A stretch of 64,000 bases of DNA, taken from positions 1 through 64,000 of the forward strand of contig RQSC01000974.1 in assembly GCA_013416795.1 (NCBI GenBank). The letters run 5' to 3'. This document shows positions 55,348 through 64,000 of the stretch, piece after piece. The translations under genes and the position numbers were made by a program. The notes beneath the pieces were generated by a model. The model was not told where the DNA came from. It searched no databases and saw only the letters and a list, made by a program, of their open reading frames with translations. Source of the stretch: Prasinococcaceae sp. CCMP 1430 (lineage: Eukaryota > Plantae > Prasinodermophyta). How positions within the stretch are numbered: the first letter of the stretch is position 1; each line of letters starts with the position of its first letter.

Positions 55348-55500
55348 CGACTGCAACAACGGAAAAATTTCTCCCGCCGCGTCTCGCTCGTCTTCCTCAT
55401 CCACCCTGCCTCTGCCTGTCCCTGCCTGGCTGGCAACAACAGGTTTGGCCGGCCGGGCGGACGGGCGGGCCGGCCGGCCGGGGAATGTTTTTTTGTTGTT

Positions 55501-55536
55501 GTCTGAGTCAGACGCAACAATCGCGGCGATTGTTGC
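55501..55536. repeat. Two adjacent perfect hairpins (6-bp and 11-bp arms)
   Basis: gtctga-g-tcagac (55501-55513) and gcaacaatcgc-g-gcgattgttgc (55514-55536). Confidence 0.9.
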
Positions 55537-56569
55537 CTTTGATTGACACTGATGCATGAGGCACCCACCGACCGCTCGCGGCGATGGTAGAACGGACAAC
55601 GACCGGACCGACCGGCCAACATCCGACCGACCGTGGCAGGCTGGGGATGATTCGCGGCCCCGAATCGAGTCGGTGTCTCGCGCGCCGGCCGGGGGCGCGC
55701 GCCGACGAAGGGGGAGGAAGATCCGAAATGGGGGGGGTAAGGGGCGGTGCGAGCGAACGGGATCGCGCGCGGCACCGAAAACCCGGAAGAATTCGGGTAC
55801 GGGTCGAGTCGGGTTCATTGGATCGCGCGAATCCTGGGAACCCTAACCTCAAAGCCCCTCCCCTGCGCTGGAAATGACGATGAAGCCCCTTCGACCGAGG
55901 GCTGTTGAGGCCCCTGCGGCGGCGCGTTCGGCGCGCCGCGCGTCCGCGCGCGCGAAATTCGTGCCGCGGTTTCGCGCGCCGAGTGCGAAAGCGTGTGCGA
56001 ACGCGCCCCGTCATCGGCCTCTTTTCGCGAGCGAAAGCGCGCGCCCGCGCGAACGCGCGGGGCGAAAGCGCCCCGGGAGCGGCCGGGGAACGCGCGCGGG
56101 CGAGCGGCCGCGCGCGCGCCGAAAAGGCCATACTTCGTGCGCACGTTCATCTGCATCTCCACCGAGCTCCCTCCCCGCCTGCGCCCGCGCCGTTCATGCT
56201 GCGGCGTCGCGCGCCCGCCGAAAGCGGCGGTCAAACGCGCGCGCGCGCGCCTTTCGCCGGCCGCGCCCGCGGTTCGCGAAGCGGCGTTTTTTTTTGCGGT
56301 CGTCCTCCGCGGCGGTTCGCGCCCTCGAAATTCGCCCCGACGACGCACTTTTCGACATTCAACGGATACTTTCCGTCCCGCGCACGAAGTCAAAAAACGC
56401 GGAGGCGCGGGGCGAGAGCGCAGCCCAACGGCGGTTTTCCGCGTTTCCCGACGCTCGTCGGCGCGGCTTTTTTTTTTCCCGCCGCGCCCGCGCGCACGCG
56501 CGGCGTTCGCGCGCGTTCTGACGAGCGAAACGGAATATCGCAACCAAAAGGCGCGCGTGCGTCCGCGCG

Positions 56570-56710
56570 CGCGTGTGCGTGTGCGTGTGTGTGCGTGTGT
56601 GCGTGTGTGCTGTGTGTGTGTGCACATTCAGTAGTGTGTGTGTGTGCGTTGTGCACGCGCGTGTGTGTGTGTGTGTATAAGAAGCTTCTTATGCGCGTGT
56701 GTGTGTGGTA
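56570..56710. repeat. Interrupted (GT)n/(GC)n simple repeat
   Basis: Directly visible. Confidence 0.85.
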
Positions 56711-57001
56711 CTGTGACAACAACAACAGCTCCCTTTCGCGCGCGCGCGCGCGCGCTCGGGGAACGCGCGCGTGCGTTTTGACCTCTGCCGTTCCCCCGCT
56801 GCTCCCGTTCCGCTTTGGGCGCGGCGGCCGCCGCGGCCGGCGGGGCGCGCTCGAAGAAGGACCNNNNNNNNNNNNNNNNNNNNNNNNNNNNNNNNNNNNN
56901 NNNNNNNNNNNNNNNNNNNNNNNNNNNNNNNNNNNNNNNNNNNNNNNNNNNNNNNNNNNNNNNNNNNNNNNNNNNNNNNNNNNNNNNNNNNNNNNNNNNN
57001 N

Positions 57002-58468
57002 GGCGTCGCCGCGGCGGGCCTCGCCGCGGCCGCGCCCGCAGCCGCGCACACCGCTACGAGCGATCATGTGCACGGACCGGTTGACTTTACTTCGAGCAGC
57101 TGCGGCTACGGCTACGGCTACGGCTACGGCTACGGTTACGGCTACGGCTACGGCGCGGCCCACAACGCGTACGGCTACGGCTACAGCTACCAGGATGACT
57201 TCCTCTTCGGCCACTTCCCCTGCATCCCGCCGTCCGCGCCTCCGCCTGCGGCTGCGAATGCGCCTCCGCCTGCGCCCCCGACTGCGTCCCCGCCTCCGGC
57301 CCCGACTGCGTCCCCTCCGGTGCCTGTCGCTGTCACCACCCCGCCGGCGGCTCTCTCCCCGCCCCCCGAGGAAACGACGCCGCCCCCGATGGCCGGTACG
57401 CCGCCGCCCGCGCCTGCCCCCATGCCCGCTCCCGTCCCGTACAGCGACCTGGAGGACGATGACGGCTACGGTGACAAGCCGAAGGACGGCTACGGCGGCG
57501 GCTACGGTGAGAAGCCTGTGCAGCCGAGCGACGACGACGATGATGATGACGAAGACGTGTGCTTGTGCGGTTTCGGTGGCGAAGACGCCGACAAAAAGTA
57601 CGGCCTGTTCAAAAAGACAGGCGAACCTTGCGAGTGCGAAGAGGAAGAGGTCGATACTCCCGTGGTGCTCAAGGTGGTGTCGGCGACTACGACGCTCACT
57701 GTCTCCAGCTTCGGCGACGTCGACATCACAGCGCTCAAGGCCGACCTGCTTGCGTCCATCTCTGAGTCGGCTGGCGGCGCCAGAATGACGGCGGTGGTCG
57801 TGCTGACGGTGACCTCCGCGTACTCGTTCCCTGACGGCCTCGAGTGCGCCGTGATCAAGGCTTCCTACGCTACCGCCACGGGCCTCGCCTTGGACGACAT
57901 CTCGGTCGATTGCGAGGCGAGGAGGAGGAGCCGCCACCTGCTTGCACAGGAGATCACGTTTGTGGCGACTTTCTCGGAGGACGCGGGCGCTGATGCCGAC
58001 GCGCTCGCGGCCTTGGACCCCATCGCCGGCATGGCCGCTGAGCTTGGCATCGACGTGGCCGAAATTGCGCAGACCATGGCGCCTGTCTCCGCGATGCAGA
58101 TCACGTGGACGGCGGAGATCACCGACGCCACCGCTGCCGGTAATGCGGATCTTGCGGGCACTATTGACGCCGCGGTTGGCGAAGTCGCGACGGACGCGGG
58201 TGTCGTGGCGACCACCAGCGAAATTACCGACGTCACACCGACGGACCCCGTAGACACGCCCGCCGAGGAAGCGGAGGAGGAGGATGGCGGGTCGGACCTG
58301 CCCATTGCACCGACGGACCCCGTAGACACGCCCACCGAGGAAGGGGAAGAGGAGGCGGAGGAGGATGGCGGGTCGGACCTGCCCATTGCAGCTATCGCAG
58401 GTGGTGCCGCCGGTGGTGTCGTCGTTCTCGCAGTGGGCGCCTTCATCGGCTACAAGTACAAGAAGTGA
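57002..58468 (+). CDS. Type I membrane/surface glycoprotein: (GY)n repeats, Pro-rich stalk, small Cys motif, RHLL-containing SEA-like region, acidic repeats, C-terminal TM; start in the N gap
   Basis: Open frame from the gap to TGA 58466-58468; GYGYGYGYGYGYGYGYG; APPP repeats; CEARRRSRHLLAQE; duplicated PTDPVDTP..EEEDGGSDLPIA (58238-58309, 58310-58390); IAAIAGGAAGGVVVLAVGAFIG-YKYKK. Confidence 0.82.
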   Translation, partial: GVAAAGLAAAAPAAAHTATSDHVHGPVDFTSSSCGYGYGYGYGYGYGYGYGAAHNAYGYGYSYQDDFLFGHFPCIPPSAPPPAAANAPPPAPPTASPPPAPTASPPVPVAVTTPPAALSPPPEETTPPPMAGTPPPAPAPMPAPVPYSDLEDDDGYGDKPKDGYGGGYGEKPVQPSDDDDDDDEDVCLCGFGGEDADKKYGLFKKTGEPCECEEEEVDTPVVLKVVSATTTLTVSSFGDVDITALKADLLASISESAGGARMTAVVVLTVTSAYSFPDGLECAVIKASYATATGLALDDISVDCEARRRSRHLLAQEITFVATFSEDAGADADALAALDPIAGMAAELGIDVAEIAQTMAPVSAMQITWTAEITDATAAGNADLAGTIDAAVGEVATDAGVVATTSEITDVTPTDPVDTPAEEAEEEDGGSDLPIAPTDPVDTPTEEGEEEAEEDGGSDLPIAAIAGGAAGGVVVLAVGAFIGYKYKK

Positions 58469-58902
58469 GCGAGCGGCTGCGGAATGGTGCATGAGCGAAT
58501 GACCGCGGTGTGGGCAGCAGCCAGACATGAAATGGTAGCGCAGGCGGAGAACCTCCGAGCGCGCGCATCCTGCACGCACACACACTTGCGTGGCAGTGCA
58601 TGTGCACCGTGCTTCGCCGCCACAGATCACGCACGTCGTTCCTGCACCTAGTAAAGCCAAACATATGTTACATGTGCCACTCCGCAAAGCTCTCAGCAGC
58701 ACGCTCATGCATGAGCTCGCCGGCATTTCAGAGGGCGGAGCAGATAGAGGCGCTCGCACGCGACACGAGGCAGCGGTTGGCGAGCAGGTGCACTGCGTTG
58801 CCTGCCTTACAGGTGTGCAACGGCGAGTGCCTTGGCGTGTGGTGCGCGAAGGAATGGGGTGCACGCGCCGGCATGGGCTCGACGTAGCGGATGTCGATTA
58901 AA

Positions 58903-60876
58903 TCAAAGCAGTGACGGTGGTTGTGGCGAGGCCGTCGGCTGGTGAGCTGGCGCCGCCCCCAGCGTCGGTGACACCGAATCGAGCGCCCCCGCGTCAATGA
59001 GCGGAGTCAACGCAGGCACGGACGATGGCGCGATCTCCTTCGCGGCACCGCCGCCGTCGATTCCGTCGAGTGGACGTGCAGCGTGTTGGGTCACAGGTGT
59101 ATTCTCCACTGCCTCCGTCAGCGATGCTGCCGGCGCATCCACTTCTATGGGCAGGGCAGGCGTCGCGGAGGAGGAGACATCGAGTGGCACCCTGTCATCG
59201 AACAGTGACATCTCGGCGGTCACAGCAGCCACAGGAGCGCCACCCTTCAGCGCCACTGCAGGAGACGCTCCCTCGACCGCCGTTGCGGCCATAGGAGCTA
59301 CCGCTCGCGGAGCTGCTGCCAGGAACGGGTTCGGTACGTCTGGCGCGGGTGCTGCGGCTGCACCTTGCGAGGTCGCAGGCACGCGCGCGTCTTGCTGCGG
59401 CCCTGAATGTCCCGTTGGCGTACCGCTCGCCGCACCGGCCATGACACACGTGACACCTCTGGCGAGGGACTCATATCGCAGCACGAGCTCCTTGTACTCG
59501 GCTAGCAGCGTGCTCACCTCCCCAATTTTCAGCTTGTGCGGTGGTGTGAACAGGAATTTGTGACGCGCCAGCTCCCCTACCGATGCCGCTTGAACCACCT
59601 CCTCGCGCCCAATCATCTCGAGTTCCTCCACGGTGAGCTGTGGTACGCTCGGCGGGGCTACCTCATGATCGTGGAGGGGTTCCCGCTGCTGCTGCTGCTG
59701 CAGCTCCTCCTCCTCCTCCTCCCCTTCCTTTCCCTGCTGCTGCTGTTGATGCTGCTGGTGCTTCTGCGATGGTGGCATATGGAGTAAGTGATCCTGCGAA
59801 GCAAGCTGCATCTGCGAGTGGGGCTGTTGCCGCGGAAGCGGCGTCGCTGCACCTGCAGCCGCAGCTGTTGCCAGCGGGCTCAGCATCGCTGTCATTGGCG
59901 AAGAGCCCTCAGTTGCTGCAATTGTGCCTGCCCTGCCCTCTGCAGTCGCCCCGTGGCTGGGAAGCTCCACGATGGGGGACAAATCGCCGTCGAGGACCGT
60001 CCCCTGGGACGCCGCTGCCGCTCTCATCTCCTTCTCAAATTCCTCCGCGCTGATGGACAGGCTGTCTGAATTTGCTCTGTCGATGAAGGCATGCGCTGAC
60101 ATCAGATTGGTGAAGAAGTACGCCGCCTCCGACACCAGCCTACTCTCCTTTCGAAAGCGCTCGATGTACTTCAGGTTGGCGTAGAGCTGGGGCACGCCGG
60201 CCTTCAGCACCACGAAAATCAGCACAGGGAGGAAGTCATCCGCGCCGGGCGGCTCCCCCTCGCTCTCGGCAGCGCTCACGTTGAGAAGGTTTGTGACCAC
60301 CTTGCAGCAATTCAGCATGCAAACGAGCTTGTCTCTTGGCGCCTTGAACGTGTTTATTTTCTGAAGCTCGGCTCGCGCCAGAGTCCAGCTCCGCTCGTTC
60401 CTGTACCGCGCCGGCACATCCAGGTGCTCCGGTCTCACGAACGCAGCCAGCAAAGAGCGCCGCGCGTCCGAGCGCGCGTCGGCGAGGCGCTCCTCGGGGC
60501 AGAGCGCGAAGGCGCGCGCGTGCAGCTTGGTCATGAGGTACTTCTCAAGACCCTCGCCGGCGCCATCAAGCGCGGCGTCTGATGCGCCGGCCCACAGCGG
60601 GTGCGACCGGAACGCGGCCTCAGTCGACTCGAGAAAGGACTGCACCTTGACGGCATCCATGTGCGCGTCACTTGCATCTGCCGGTGCTGTGTCGCCGCTT
60701 GGAAATGCCGCGATGAATGCCTTGATGCTGCGAACAAGCTCCGAGGCGCTAGGCTGGCGCATCTTCTCCAGAAAATCGGAGAAAGTGATAGGCGCCGTCG
60801 AAGACGCGAGTTGGTCGACGCCCCCACCAGCGGTGGCGGCAGCGCCCGCCCCGCCATCGGTTGGTGCCGATGCCAT
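58903..60876 (-). CDS. VPS9: VPS9-domain Rab5 guanine-nucleotide exchange factor (VPS9a-like), intronless
   Basis: DFLEKMRQPSA..LVRSIK.FI, GLEKYLMTKL, KAPRDKLVCMLNCC, GADDFLPVLIFV, SEAAYFFTNL. Confidence 0.93.
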   Translation of the reverse strand: MASAPTDGGAGAAATAGGGVDQLASSTAPITFSDFLEKMRQPSASELVRSIKAFIAAFPSGDTAPADASDAHMDAVKVQSFLESTEAAFRSHPLWAGASDAALDGAGEGLEKYLMTKLHARAFALCPEERLADARSDARRSLLAAFVRPEHLDVPARYRNERSWTLARAELQKINTFKAPRDKLVCMLNCCKVVTNLLNVSAAESEGEPPGADDFLPVLIFVVLKAGVPQLYANLKYIERFRKESRLVSEAAYFFTNLMSAHAFIDRANSDSLSISAEEFEKEMRAAAASQGTVLDGDLSPIVELPSHGATAEGRAGTIAATEGSSPMTAMLSPLATAAAAGAATPLPRQQPHSQMQLASQDHLLHMPPSQKHQQHQQQQQGKEGEEEEEELQQQQQREPLHDHEVAPPSVPQLTVEELEMIGREEVVQAASVGELARHKFLFTPPHKLKIGEVSTLLAEYKELVLRYESLARGVTCVMAGAASGTPTGHSGPQQDARVPATSQGAAAAPAPDVPNPFLAAAPRAVAPMAATAVEGASPAVALKGGAPVAAVTAEMSLFDDRVPLDVSSSATPALPIEVDAPAASLTEAVENTPVTQHAARPLDGIDGGGAAKEIAPSSVPALTPLIDAGALDSVSPTLGAAPAHQPTASPQPPSLL

Positions 60877-61640
60877 CCTATCGATTTGCGCTTACAGGCC
60901 CCACGCTGCTGCACCAACTACGCGGGCGGCGCCCGCCGGCAGGGGCAACGCGCAGGGGCGCCGCAGGCGGGGGGCGCGAGAGGGAGCGGCGGGGGAGAGA
61001 AAGTCCGCGCGCGGCTGCAGGCGGGAGCCGGCGCGCACCGCGGGGGGCGGCGGGCAGGTAGGCCGCGCTGGAGGAGACTGTCGAGTGGTCGCCCGCGGGT
61101 CTCCCCGCCCTGCGCTGCGCGAGCGCCACTCGGCGCACGCCGGGCGTCCGGGGGGCAGACGGGGGCGCGCCGTGTGGCACCGCCCCCGGCGGGCCCCTGG
61201 CGCGGCGCGCGAGCTTCCAACGCGGTGCAGCTCATTTGACGTAGTAAAAAAAAAACGGGTTCGCCCTCCGTCGAACCCGAACCCCCCTCGAGCACGTTCG
61301 ATGGAAAGAGCAGCAACTGCCGCATTTTCGCGGATGCGGCACGGGCGAAAGACGCCTCCGGAAAGTTGGCGGTGGTGCGGCTGCTCTCCTCTTCCTGCTC
61401 CTGCGGCGCACCCGTGCGCGCGCGCGCGGGCAAGGGGGGCGAGGAGGGGGCAGGCGCGCGCGCATCATCTGTGGGCGGGTGGGTGGACGGGGCCGGGGCG
61501 CGCGCGCGGGCGCGCTCGGTGTGCGCGTGCGCGGGGGCCTCTGCGGTGGTGTACGGCTGTTACAGATTTGGCTGTGTGGGGATGTGCTGTGGGTTGGGCG
61601 CGCCTGTGGCCTTGGGCGCAAGAGGGGCACGCCTGCGCTC

Positions 61641-63176
61641 CTAGACGACGCGCTTGCGCGCCAGCTCGGCGCGGTACTTGACGGGCACGCCCTGCGCTTC
61701 GAGCTCCTTCAGCTTGCGTTCCTTGATGCCCTCGAGCACCTCGATCTCCTCGGCGTACTTCTCGCGCAGCAGCTCGCCCTCCCTGAGGAAGTCCTGGCGC
61801 TCCTTGAGCTTCTTCTCCTCGTTTGCCTTGATCTGCATGAGCACCTCGTCGCGCTGCTGGCGCCGCAGCGAGGCCGCAGTCTCAGCAGCGGACTTCTCTG
61901 CAGCCTCCTCAGCGCGCTGTGACGAGATGATGCGATAGTAGTCCGCGCGCTCCTGCTCGGCGATCTCCGCAAGCTGAGCCATCTTCATGGCGCGCTGGTC
62001 CTCGCGCGCGCGCGCGAGGTCTGCATTCATGTTCGCTACCCGCTCCGCCGACTCCCGCTCGCGCCTGCGCCAGTCGCGCTCGTACGCCTCGTGTGCCCTC
62101 TGCGCGCGCAGCTCATCCAGCTCCGCCTGCTTGTCGCTCATCTTCTCCTGTTTGGAGCGCATGCGTGCCAGCTCGAGCTCCTTCTCCTTAGCGATGTGGG
62201 CCTGCCTCTCCGCCTCCTCAGCCTCCTTGGCCTCCTTCATCTTGATGTACAGGGCAATGCGCTCGTCCTCCTCCTTCTCCTCCTCCAGGATGGCCTTCTT
62301 GCGTTCGATCTGCGCAAAGTTCGACTTCTGCACCTCGGCGAGCAGGCGCCGCCCCTGCTCACGCTTCTCCTCCATCTGGCGCTCCTCCTCCACGCGCATC
62401 CGCTCGATCTCTGCGAGGACGGCCTTGCGCTCCAACTCGCGTTTGTCCTCCTCCAATTGCCGTGCGCGCTCGCGCTCCTCGATCTGCCGCTGTAGCATCG
62501 CGGCGCCCTTCTTCCGGTCCTCGACGCGCTTGGCCTCCCGCTGTTCGTAAATCTCGAGCGTCTTGAGGCGCTCGATCTCCATCATGAGGTCCAACCGTCT
62601 GGTCTCGTCGGCCTCGTCTCCGCGTATGCACTGCTTCTCCTCGATCTGGTTGTCGCGGATGGTCACGCACTTGGCGTAGAGCATCATCTGGTTCATCTTT
62701 TTCACCTGATCGAGGTTCTCGTTGAGCATCCACTGGGCGCGGTCGCGGGTCTCAGCGTCAGTGGTTTGCTTGAGGAGCTCGGTCTCAGTGAGCCTCTTGG
62801 CGGCCTTCCCCTCCTCCTCCTTGAGGAGCATCATCTTCTTGCGCTCCATCGCCTGCTTGTTGAGCGCCTCGCGCTCGGCGAGAGCCGCTCTCCTGTCCCT
62901 TGCATCATCCTCGGCAGTGCGAATCTTGGAGCGCGCACGGATGGCGTCGAGCGTCGACGAGGTCAGCGTCGCAGAGTTTGCCGTCACCAACGGCGCCTTG
63001 AGGCGCGCCACTTTGCTGCCTTTCTTGGCCGTGACGGCCGCCTCGCCGCCTGCACCGTTCGCGCCAGGGCGACGGGTCGACCCAAAGAGCGTCTCGTCGA
63101 CCTCGGAGGTGTCGGCCACCTTCCTGTACACTTTGCGAGAGCCACGCGTGCTCGTGCTTGAGGCAACGGAGCCCGG
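61641..63176 (-). CDS. CFAP45: Cilia- and flagella-associated protein 45 (FAP45/CCDC19), main exon; first exon unresolved
   Basis: YRK...VDETLFG, KKMNQMMLYAKCVTIRDNQIEEK, RRLDLMMEIER, coiled coil; acceptor CAG at 63179-63177 with a CTGAC branch point upstream. Confidence 0.9.
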   Translation of the reverse strand, partial: PGSVASSTSTRGSRKVYRKVADTSEVDETLFGSTRRPGANGAGGEAAVTAKKGSKVARLKAPLVTANSATLTSSTLDAIRARSKIRTAEDDARDRRAALAEREALNKQAMERKKMMLLKEEEGKAAKRLTETELLKQTTDAETRDRAQWMLNENLDQVKKMNQMMLYAKCVTIRDNQIEEKQCIRGDEADETRRLDLMMEIERLKTLEIYEQREAKRVEDRKKGAAMLQRQIEERERARQLEEDKRELERKAVLAEIERMRVEEERQMEEKREQGRRLLAEVQKSNFAQIERKKAILEEEKEEDERIALYIKMKEAKEAEEAERQAHIAKEKELELARMRSKQEKMSDKQAELDELRAQRAHEAYERDWRRRERESAERVANMNADLARAREDQRAMKMAQLAEIAEQERADYYRIISSQRAEEAAEKSAAETAASLRRQQRDEVLMQIKANEEKKLKERQDFLREGELLREKYAEEIEVLEGIKERKLKELEAQGVPVKYRAELARKRVV

Positions 63177-64000
63177 CTGCGCGCGAGAGCGGAGGCGCAG
63201 ATGGCGAGCGCGACGCGTGCACGAGGCGTACGGCGAGTCAGCGTGGGGAGCCCACCTAGTGCTCGGAGGAGCACGGGCACCGAGCGTTATCCAGTGCCGC
63301 AAAGAAGCGCGCGGGGAGCTCCGCGAGCATGCGTGCTGCCGGACGCCAAGCACGCGGCCGCATCCGCGGCAGCCGGCTGGTGCAGCAGCGCACACGCGCC
63401 GCGAAGCCGCCAAACAGCCACGCGCTGGGCGCACGCACGGACGCGTGGCAGGCCTAGGCAATTCGCCGCGCCGTGTGGCGCGGCACTCGATGCTCGCAGC
63501 GCTGCCGCTGCGCGCTGCGCGCAGCCCATCGAATGCCCTCGAGCGCACGCGCGAAAACGCCGTGGGGGGGGGAGCAAGGGCGGACAGAACCGGCGCCAGG
63601 CAGGCATCCGCCACCCGCCCGCCCCCGCCCCGACACCCTGCGGCGTCACCCCGCGGGATTATGAGCGCGCTCGACCCCGCCGCCGGCGCCGAGCGCGCGC
63701 GCGCGCGCGCAGCCCTGCCCCGCTCGCACGCCGCGCGTGCCCCCGCACACCGCGCGCGCGGTGTGGCGCGCGCCGCGCCGGTTCGGGGAACTCGCCGCCC
63801 CGGCGCGAATTTCGGGTGCGGACCTTCCGAAAAGTGTAATCATTTTCATTTACAAAAGTGCATAACGCCCGATTTGCGTGAGTGTTAATCGTGAACTCCG
63901 TCTGAGCTAGTAGTTGGATCTGCAGGCAGTCAACAGGGGCGCCCCGTCGAGGGCGGGCCGCCGGCCGACCCTGATCTGCGTGAAGAAATACCGGGTCTTC

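Noticed and set aside
54666-55818. QTDR and SVCL repeat ORFs
   Set aside because: These are translations of the (GACA)n microsatellite.
55940-56745. Cluster of E2F-like TTTSSCGC sites
   Set aside because: Expected by chance where T-runs abut CG repeats, and the neighbouring gene is not an obvious cell-cycle gene.
63850-64000. 3' end of a further gene at the window edge
   Set aside because: Too little sequence to choose a frame or strand.

Overview
Eukaryotic nuclear DNA from a draft assembly. It has N-gaps at 38062-38267 and 56864-57001 and single Ns at 2413 and 26554. The DNA is very GC-rich (roughly 70% by eye) and gene-dense, with about 30 genes and short GT-AG introns (GTGCGC/GTACGT/GTGAGY donors, CTGAC/CTAAC branch points, TGTAA 3' signals). 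These traits, together with plastid-type genes (ABA4-like, MurB) and ciliary genes (KAP, CFAP45), point to a prasinophyte-grade green alga. This is an inference; the species cannot be fixed from sequence alone. Recognisable genes are ABA4-like, mitochondrial HSP60, MoaD/CNX7, KAP, a JmjC protein, MurB, a SMARCAD1-like helicase, a TPR-GT71-GT34 glycosyltransferase, an FKBP-like/saposin-like RDEL protein, YKT6, a tesmin/TSO1 CXC protein, IWR1, eIF3i, a ZBBX-like protein, two FAD oxidoreductases, an RRM protein, TlyA, NOP53, an RmlD-like protein, RBBP6/DWNN, NFU, an M16A peptidase, an AA15-type LPMO with CBM14, a GY-repeat membrane protein, VPS9 and CFAP45. The most interesting observations are: a possible cell-surface module (LPMO-CBM14-polylysine next to an acidic GY/Pro-rich type I membrane protein); an orphan eL13 exon in frame with eIF3i, with a candidate H/ACA RNA beside it; a candidate bicistron (MoaD plus an ORF 25 bp downstream); plastid peptidoglycan MurB possibly overlapping the SNF2 start; a DWNN/RmlD run-on junction; and an AT-rich, repeat-built insertion with a perfect hairpin. 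I found no rRNA, tRNA or CRISPR array. Most long ORFs in the supplied track are antisense or frame shadows of GC-rich coding DNA.
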